From NCBI GenBank assembly GCA_965247665.1, contig CBDFHH010000002.1, positions 210,213-274,212 of the forward strand: a DNA stretch of 64,000 nucleotides, in the 5' to 3' direction. This DNA is from Alphaproteobacteria bacterium. GTDB taxonomy: Bacteria > Pseudomonadota > Alphaproteobacteria > SHVV01. The position numbers and the translations under genes were made by a program. Shown piece by piece: positions 57,966 through 64,000 of the stretch; the stretch's first letter is position 1; each line of letters opens with the position of its first letter. A model generated the notes under the pieces. That model was not told the DNA's origin and made no database searches. It was given only the letters and a program-made list of their open reading frames with translations.

Positions 57966-58442
57966 TCAATGGCGATCGATGTTGCAATGCTGGACGTCGA
58001 ACGACAAAACGACGACCTCCGGGTTGCACCGCCACGAGCGCGCACCGTGGATCGAGATCCAGATATTCTCGAAATCGGCGATCCCCACCGCGCCCTCGCG
58101 CCGGGCATCGGCGTCGCTGATGTCTTGTAGACGCTCGACGGCTATGCCGGTCACCGCCAACGTCAGCCGCGAGGCGGCGCGCGGCAGGTGGATCGACGGA
58201 TTCCAGGGTCCCGACCCGACGTCATCATCGGCGCGAAAGACGATGCCGTTACCGGTACGGCGAAATGCCTCCCGTACCCACAGGCGGTGATCCCACTCGC
58301 CGCGGGCCCAGTCGTCGGCCAAACGCCGCCACACCGTCGGATTACCACGCCGGTCGAGAGTCGAACGCCGAGACTGGGTCTTTCGTCCATCCACCAGCGC
58401 CCGCACCATCAGCGTGGAAAACAAGATCGGACGATCACCCAT
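57966..58442 (-). CDS. ASCH-like small protein (family frequent in phage/alphaproteobacterial accessory DNA)
   Basis: PILFSTLMVRALVDGRKTQSRR ... LWVREAF ... PSIHLPRAASRLTLAVTGIAVERLQDIS pattern. Confidence 0.55.
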   Translation of the reverse strand: MGDRPILFSTLMVRALVDGRKTQSRRSTLDRRGNPTVWRRLADDWARGEWDHRLWVREAFRRTGNGIVFRADDDVGSGPWNPSIHLPRAASRLTLAVTGIAVERLQDISDADARREGAVGIADFENIWISIHGARSWRCNPEVVVLSFDVQHCNIDRH

Positions 58443-58447
58443 CGGAC

Positions 58448-58870
58448 TCAGTACTCCTGCTCCTGATCCCCGCTCCTATTGACGAACGCGAGCACGGCAA
58501 TCGATCGTTGATCGGCCGGCCGCAGTAGCGCGCGGGCGGAGCAATGTTCCGGATTTGGTGCATGCCGAGGCCGTCGAGCGGGATGTCGCGCCGATCGCGC
58601 GCCGGGTCGCGCGCGCTGCGTGAAATGTAGATCCCGCCGGGTTCGGCGGGTTTGCCGCAGCCGTGCGACGGTGGTGGCGGCGATACGAAAGCCGATCTGA
58701 CGATCCTCGGACACCTCGATATTGCGGGGCGGCGGTCCCCGCCCGCAGGTCGACCCCATCATCTACCGCTGCGATGAGCTGGGAATTCGATCAGGAAACA
58801 TCATCCGCAGTTTTGACGATGCGGCCGTCATGCTCGGCGATCTTGGAGCCCGTCAGCTCGCTGCGGTGAG
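58448..58870 (-). pseudogene. heavily frameshifted relic of a class III adenylate/guanylate cyclase-type protein
   Basis: Minus-strand pieces lie in different frames: KIAEHDGRIVKTADD, FLIEFP, QIGFRIAATTV, AEPGGIYISRSARDPARDRRDIPLDGLGMHQIRNIAPPARY, SIAVLAFVNRSGDQEQEY*. Confidence 0.45.
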
Positions 58871-59124
58871 CCTTCGCGTGTGGCCGGCGTGCCGGCCTCA
58901 TCCGCCCCCATCAGGCGGCGGCTGCAACCGACCCTGTCGGCGCTCAAGACCGCCGCCAGCCCGCGTTTGACCGCCCGATCACTGGTCACGGTTCGCCAAT
59001 TGCGCAGCGGACGGAGCGTCGTCCGGGCACCCCGGAATCGTCAAATCTGGTGTCGTCGGATGCGCGTGAGACAAGTTCATCCGCGTTTCCTGTCGGACCG
59101 GCCGCACAGGGGGCCACCGAACCG

Positions 59125-60702
59125 CTATCGGCGCGCGACCCTGCGGTCGCTCCGCCGCTTGGGGCGGCGAGCCGGATCGACCGAGATCCCGGTCCAGTCG
59201 ACGCCCTGCTCAAAGGCATGCGCGGCTCGGTAGAGCGTCGGCTCGTCGTAATGGCGGCCGATCAGCATCATGCCGATCGGGCACCCGTCGACGATGCCGG
59301 CCGGGATCGTGATCGCCGGATGGTGAGTCAGGTTGAACGGACAGGTGTTCTCGATATTCTCCAGCGCCATCGAGATGGTGTCCTCCACCGAAAAAGGCTG
59401 ATCCGGATAGGGCCGCGATTTCTGCGGTGCGGTCGGCATGATCATCGCGTCATAGTCCTGCAACAGCCGGTTGTAGGCCTCGGCTGCCTGGCGCGCGAGG
59501 TTGTGGGCCTTGCAGTAATAATGGCCCTGATGCTTACGCTTCATGTATTCCCCGGACAACATACCGAAGCGCAGATTGTACGGAATCTCGTTGGCCCGCT
59601 GACGCCACCCCGCGAGCTTGTCGTTGAGGCTGGTGACGTAGAGCCCGCCATGGTTGGTGCCGAAGCCGTTGCCGACGAGCAGGTTGGTGTAATAGCCGTC
59701 GAGCGCGAAACCCATCCAGGCGATGAAGGCATCGCGGTGCCAGGGGAATGACACCACATCTACCTCGGCGCCGAGCTTGCTGAAGCGCTCGGCCGCGACG
59801 CGCACCGTGGCATCGACCTCCGGCATCGACGCCGGCCAGCCGAAGCCCTCCTCGATGATCGCCAGCCTCATGCCCTTGACCCCCTTGCCCAGCGCTTTGG
59901 TATATGGGTGTATCTTGGGTTTCGGTGTCGACATGCGGGTGTCGATTCCGTCGGGCCCGGCCAGCACCTCGAGCAGCAGTGCGTTGTCCTCGACCGTGCG
60001 GGTCATCGGACCGGTATGGTCGATATTGAACTCCGACGAAATGATGCCGGTGTAGGGGATCAGCCCCCAGGTCGGCTTGAGGCCGACCAGACCGCAGCAC
60101 GCCGAGGGGATGCGGATCGATCCGGCCTGGTCGCCTCCCAGCGCCATGTCCACTTCCTCGGCCGCGACCAGCACGGCGCTGCCGGTTGACGAGCCGCCCG
60201 GCGTGTAGCCCGGCTTGAGCGGGCTTTCGACAATACCGGTGACGCTGGTGTGGCCGCTCGACGAAAACGAAAAATACTCGCACACCGCCTTGCCGACGAT
60301 GGTTCCCGCGGCGTCGAGGATGCGGGTCACGACTGTGGCGTCGGTGTCGGGCACATAACCCTCGAGCACCGAGGCGCCGTCCATCATCGGTACGCCGGCG
60401 AGACAGATCGTGTCCTTGAGCACCACCCGCCTGCCCGTGAGCTTGCCGCGCGATGCACCCTTCACCTCGGTCTTCACGTACCAGGCGCCGTAGGGATTCT
60501 CCTCGCCGCTCGGCCGGTAGCCCGGCGTGCGCGGATATTTCACGGGCGGCAGGTAGTCGGGCAGCTGGTCGAGACGGTTGTAGATGAAACGCACGCCCGC
60601 GAATTCACGCTGGTAAACTTCGACCTCTTCCTCGGTCATGTCGAAACCGAGATCGTCGCCGATCTCGCGCAACTGTCCCTTGGTCGGCGTCTGAACGGAC
60701 AT
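59125..60702 (-). CDS. amidase-signature (AS) family amidase, 525 aa
   Basis: KDTICLAGVPMMDG ... TPGGSSTGSAVLVAA ... GGDQAGSIRIPSACCG motifs. Confidence 0.9.
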   Translation of the reverse strand: MSVQTPTKGQLREIGDDLGFDMTEEEVEVYQREFAGVRFIYNRLDQLPDYLPPVKYPRTPGYRPSGEENPYGAWYVKTEVKGASRGKLTGRRVVLKDTICLAGVPMMDGASVLEGYVPDTDATVVTRILDAAGTIVGKAVCEYFSFSSSGHTSVTGIVESPLKPGYTPGGSSTGSAVLVAAEEVDMALGGDQAGSIRIPSACCGLVGLKPTWGLIPYTGIISSEFNIDHTGPMTRTVEDNALLLEVLAGPDGIDTRMSTPKPKIHPYTKALGKGVKGMRLAIIEEGFGWPASMPEVDATVRVAAERFSKLGAEVDVVSFPWHRDAFIAWMGFALDGYYTNLLVGNGFGTNHGGLYVTSLNDKLAGWRQRANEIPYNLRFGMLSGEYMKRKHQGHYYCKAHNLARQAAEAYNRLLQDYDAMIMPTAPQKSRPYPDQPFSVEDTISMALENIENTCPFNLTHHPAITIPAGIVDGCPIGMMLIGRHYDEPTLYRAAHAFEQGVDWTGISVDPARRPKRRSDRRVARR

Positions 60703-61412
60703 GGAATCCCCCTTGTTACCTCGTGTACAAGTCTAGCTCACACAACGCTTGCGAAGCACGGCTTGACGCCTGCTCGTACCGGCAGGTCGACGAGCGCGGC
60801 ATGGCCGCCGACGATTGTCTTCGCCACCCGGCTCCTCCCTCGCTGCAGCGCCCGCCGTTTAAACGTCCGTTTGCCGGTCCCATTGCCGTAGCCTCCGTGG
60901 GGCTCGATCGGCCGTCACCCGGGGCGGCGCGTACTGTAGCGTACGGCAATCATGCATCCGCGCGTTCGCTCGGTCGTGCCGATAATGGCATCTATCTCAT
61001 CCTCGTCGAGGAGCGTATTCAGCGGGACTTTGTCGGAATCGTTTTTCCCAATCCGGGTCCGGCGACGGGTCGGCCAGCAGGCTCGAATTGGGGTTTGCGC
61101 CGGACTGGTTGATGCCGCCCTCGACGCGGTTGATGGCCGACCGGTCTACGTCGCGCGCCGGAACGGCGTTCGTCCAGATCCTCGGGCTCGCGGATAGGGC
61201 CGTTGCTGTCGATCTGATCACGCCGTGGTGGAACACCCGAGACGGGAACGCAACGTCACCATTGCGTCGTCACCGGCGCTGCGCCGCCGCATGTACTCCG
61301 AGTCCGACATCTCGGCCAGGTCGAGATTGGAGAGCCCGCAGGCGAACGTTAAAAGAGCGGTTTGTCATGATGGTGCTCGGATAAACTCCGTAGATCCATT
61401 CAGGACGGTTTC

Positions 61413-62225
61413 ATGGCACAACGCATCCACGGACCACTCTATACCGAGCGCATGGGCCGAACCGGACCGGTCGCGGCATTCGTCCACCCCAACCCGCTGG
61501 ATCAGTCGTGTTGGCTGTACCAGATGGCGCATCTTTCGACCTGGTATCGCTGCGTCGCCATCGACCTCCCGGGCTACGGCCGCTCGCCAACTGCGGATCC
61601 GGGGCTGACCCTGCGCGATCTGGCACAAGCGTGCTAGGAAGCGGTTGAAGCGATTGCACCGGACGAAAAAGCAATTCTCGCCGGCTGTTCGATCGGCTCA
61701 TCGATTGTGCCGTACATGTACCATTTCGACCCCGACCGTACCCTGGCGATGGTCCTGACCGGCACCGGCTACGTCCCCGGCCGCGAATTCGCACCACGCC
61801 GTATCACCGCCTTCCGCGAGCAGGGCATCGACTATCGCCGGGCGTACACTCTCGAGGATTTCAGCCCGGATTTTGGTGACACCGACTACGCGGCCTATTT
61901 CGTGAACCTGTTCACCGAACGCAACGCCTATGCCGACGTTGATACCATCATCCGCCTGTTCGAGGCCTATCTCACGCCCGACGCCGACGATCACTTCGCG
62001 AGCATCGACTGTCCCACCCTGATCCTGACCGGCAGCGCCGACACCGCCCACGCCAGCGCCTTCGCGCTGCGCAAGCAGATTCCGGACTGCGACCTCCAAG
62101 TGCTTCCCGGCGCCGGCCACGCCTGCCAAATGGAACAACCCTGGCTGTTCGATCGGCTGATGCTCGCGTTTCTAGAACGACACGGGCTGCATCCCGGCGC
62201 CGGGGCTGCAAACGCGTTAAAATAG
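61413..62225 (+). pseudogene. alpha/beta-fold hydrolase interrupted by one in-frame TAG (61635-61637)
   Basis: ORFs 61413..61637 and 61707..62225 are in the same frame and open across the TAG. Nucleophile elbow is GCSIGS; the C-terminal PGAGHACQMEQP carries the His. Confidence 0.7.
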
Positions 62226-62278
62226 TGTTCTTTAATTGGACGACCGGCGTCGCCCCTCGTTGCGAAACCGAGAGGTGA

Positions 62279-62650
62279 TTGGTGGCGAAACGATCGATCG
62301 ATTGGCGGGGCTTGAAAGCACTCGCACTTGGACTCGAGCTGCCCGGCGTCGAGGAGACGACCTCCTGGGGTCAGCCGACCCTGAAGGCGCACGGCAAGCT
62401 ATGGGTATGGTGGAGCCCGAAGGAGAACGCGCCGGTGTTCAAGGTTCCGTTCGAGGAGCGCGAGTTCCTTGTGGAAGCCGCTCCCGACACGTTCTTTTTC
62501 ACCCCACACTACAAGAACCACCCGCTGATCCTGGTGCGACCCGACAAGCTCGACCGCAAGTGGGCAATCACCAATTTGATGCGAGTGTGGCGCGACCAGG
62601 CGCCGAAGCGGGCGTTGAAGGCTTACGACGAAGCTCGGCGATCGAAGTGA
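62279..62650 (+). CDS. MmcQ/YjbR-family protein
   Basis: 123 aa. LPGVEETTSWGQPTLKAHGKLWVWW ... FFFTPHYKNHPLILVR is typical of the YjbR family. Confidence 0.75.
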   Translation: MVAKRSIDWRGLKALALGLELPGVEETTSWGQPTLKAHGKLWVWWSPKENAPVFKVPFEEREFLVEAAPDTFFFTPHYKNHPLILVRPDKLDRKWAITNLMRVWRDQAPKRALKAYDEARRSK

Positions 62651-62850
62651 TTGAACGGCGCGGCCGCACGCCGAGGCGATCGAGGAATTTTGGCTGAGCT
62701 ATGCCCGGGCCTGTTCAACGCCCGGGAGAGTTCCCGATCTTGTTGGTCAGGTGTGAAGCTATTTAGAACTATGTTGCAAAACTATTACAAAAATGTTTGA
62801 TATTCATACATAGACATCAACCCTTACCCCCCAGCGAGGAGCAACCGCAA

Positions 62851-64000
62851 GTGAGTGGGCTGAGCGAACGTCTGCGACGGCACCGGATCGCATCAGGGCT
62901 GAGCCAAGCCAAGCTGGCCGAGCAAGTGGGGTTGTCCCGGACTGCGGTGACGCAGATCGAGGCGGGCAATCGTGAGATCACGGCTGACGAGCTCTCCAGG
63001 TTCGCCTCCGTATTGCGGCAAAGTCCGTCTTCTCTACTCGCCAGGTCGGACAAAGCCGCGAGCGCGTCGAAGCCGACGCAGGATGCACTTCTCGACGAGC
63101 TGGCAGACGCATACCCGGCGTTCGGAGACATCACGAGTTTCCACGACGAACTCAAGCAGCTCCTGAAGCTGGCAAGCTTGCTTACCGAGGTAGAGGCCGC
63201 TCTTGGTGCAGATGTGTTTGGGCCCGACGCCTTCGTGTTCCGGGGAAGTGATCCGCGAACTTCCTGGGAGGCGGCGCACCAGGGCTACTCGGCAGCCGAG
63301 GACGAGCGCCGTCGCCTCGACCTGGGGTCGGCGCCCATACGGGACATGCCGGAAACCCTGGCCACACTTCGCATCCGCGCGACGCGACTTCAGCTTCCCG
63401 CGGCGACCTCTTGTGTATCGATCAACACGCCTGACACCGGGCCGGTGATCATCGTTAGTCAGGCGGCGAGCCTCGAAGAACGGCGGTTCTGGTTGGCGCA
63501 TGGCCTTGCTCACGTGCTCTTCGACTCGGAGCAGAGGTGGATCGGTTGCGGTCAGAACGATCGTGGCCACCATCGCGAAGTACGAGCCAACACGTTTGCC
63601 GGCCATTTTCTGATGCCCGCGAAAGGCGTCGAGCGTTATCTACAATCCATCGGCTGCGACACGATGGCCCGGAGCCTGGGTGCGGGCCTCGATCTGCTGT
63701 CCGACGATTCGGCCGTCCCCGCCGACAAATCCCGGATCCACCTAAGCGCTCGCTCGCGGCGAGGGGCGTGGCAACTTAGTTCCCAGGAACTGTCCCTGGT
63801 CGCCCGCTACTTCGGCGTGAGCCATTCGATGGTCGCCCACTCGCTCAAAAACCTGCGCTTCCTATCTGGGGAGCAACGCGACCGCTTGACCGACGACTGC
63901 GACGCGAGCGGGGAGAACCGCGCGCGAGAGGCAATAGGGCTGCCGTCGGGCGCGCTCGAGCCCCGGTACGACCCGTTTCTGTCCCGGCTCCTGGCGTCGG
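62851..64000 (+). CDS. XRE-family HTH fused to an ImmA/IrrE (COG2856)-like metallopeptidase domain with HGxxH instead of HExxH; 3' end outside window
   Basis: I translated the frame codon by codon and it is open from GTG 62851 (SD GAGGA) to the window end. It is absent from the ORF track because it has no stop. HTH is LSQAKLAEQVGLSRTAVTQIEAGNREITADEL. Peptidase region is RRFWLAHGLAHVLFD ... REVRANTFAGHFLMP. Confidence 0.8.
   Translation, partial: MSGLSERLRRHRIASGLSQAKLAEQVGLSRTAVTQIEAGNREITADELSRFASVLRQSPSSLLARSDKAASASKPTQDALLDELADAYPAFGDITSFHDELKQLLKLASLLTEVEAALGADVFGPDAFVFRGSDPRTSWEAAHQGYSAAEDERRRLDLGSAPIRDMPETLATLRIRATRLQLPAATSCVSINTPDTGPVIIVSQAASLEERRFWLAHGLAHVLFDSEQRWIGCGQNDRGHHREVRANTFAGHFLMPAKGVERYLQSIGCDTMARSLGAGLDLLSDDSAVPADKSRIHLSARSRRGAWQLSSQELSLVARYFGVSHSMVAHSLKNLRFLSGEQRDRLTDDCDASGENRAREAIGLPSGALEPRYDPFLSRLLAS

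Noticed and set aside
57966-58442. ASCH-like gene considered as a marker of a prophage.
   Set aside because: No capsid, terminase, integrase or other phage genes lie anywhere nearby. It sits between an ABC exporter and a cyclase relic and is treated as an isolated accessory gene.
61635-61637. In-frame TAG in the alpha/beta hydrolase, read as possible pyrrolysine or other recoding.
   Set aside because: There are no pyl genes in the window and no PYLIS-like context that I can see, and the lineage is not known for Pyl use. A simple nonsense mutation or sequencing error is far more likely.

Overview
Gene-dense, high-GC 64-kb segment. Its housekeeping genes (asnB fragment, tRNA-Gln, icd, psd, c-type cytochromes, RND efflux) look alphaproteobacterial. 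All calls come from reading the translations and DNA by eye. No database search was run, and GC statements are visual estimates.

Main content:
1. 4.3-13.3 kb: an IS-riddled, visibly lower-GC accessory block. Four copies of one IS3-family terminal sequence bracket two cargo modules: an amidohydrolase, and TauE plus a NitT/TauT-type ABC importer. A small IS5-family element with intact inverted repeats splits the ABC operon.
2. 28.3-34.8 kb: a complete selenocysteine-decoding locus, selA-selB-selC(tRNA-Sec). It is followed by an unannotated UGA-containing Prx-like selenoprotein gene with a SECIS-like hairpin. This is convergent with a flavoprotein-SelD fusion gene.
3. About 35.1-38.3 kb: a low-GC islet with a tightly coupled stand-alone ABC-type ATPase plus a PD-(D/E)xK-like protein. 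An orphan 198-aa helical protein is transcribed divergently. This is my best candidate for an undescribed (defence-type) system.
4. 41.4-43.7 kb: a membrane-anchored LysM protein gene with about sixteen 78-bp coding repeats, broken by a perfect 10-bp tandem duplication.
5. 48.7-60.7 kb: a catabolic cluster with two amidases, an HpaB-family monooxygenase, a Rieske oxygenase, an acyl-CoA synthetase and an ABC-2 exporter.
6. Right edge: an AT-rich break followed by an XRE-HTH/ImmA-IrrE fusion whose HExxH motif reads HGxxH.

Many gene relics (IstB, IS630, IS1595, LivF, CoxL, DUF1194, adenylate cyclase, alpha/beta hydrolase) point to an accessory, decaying neighbourhood.
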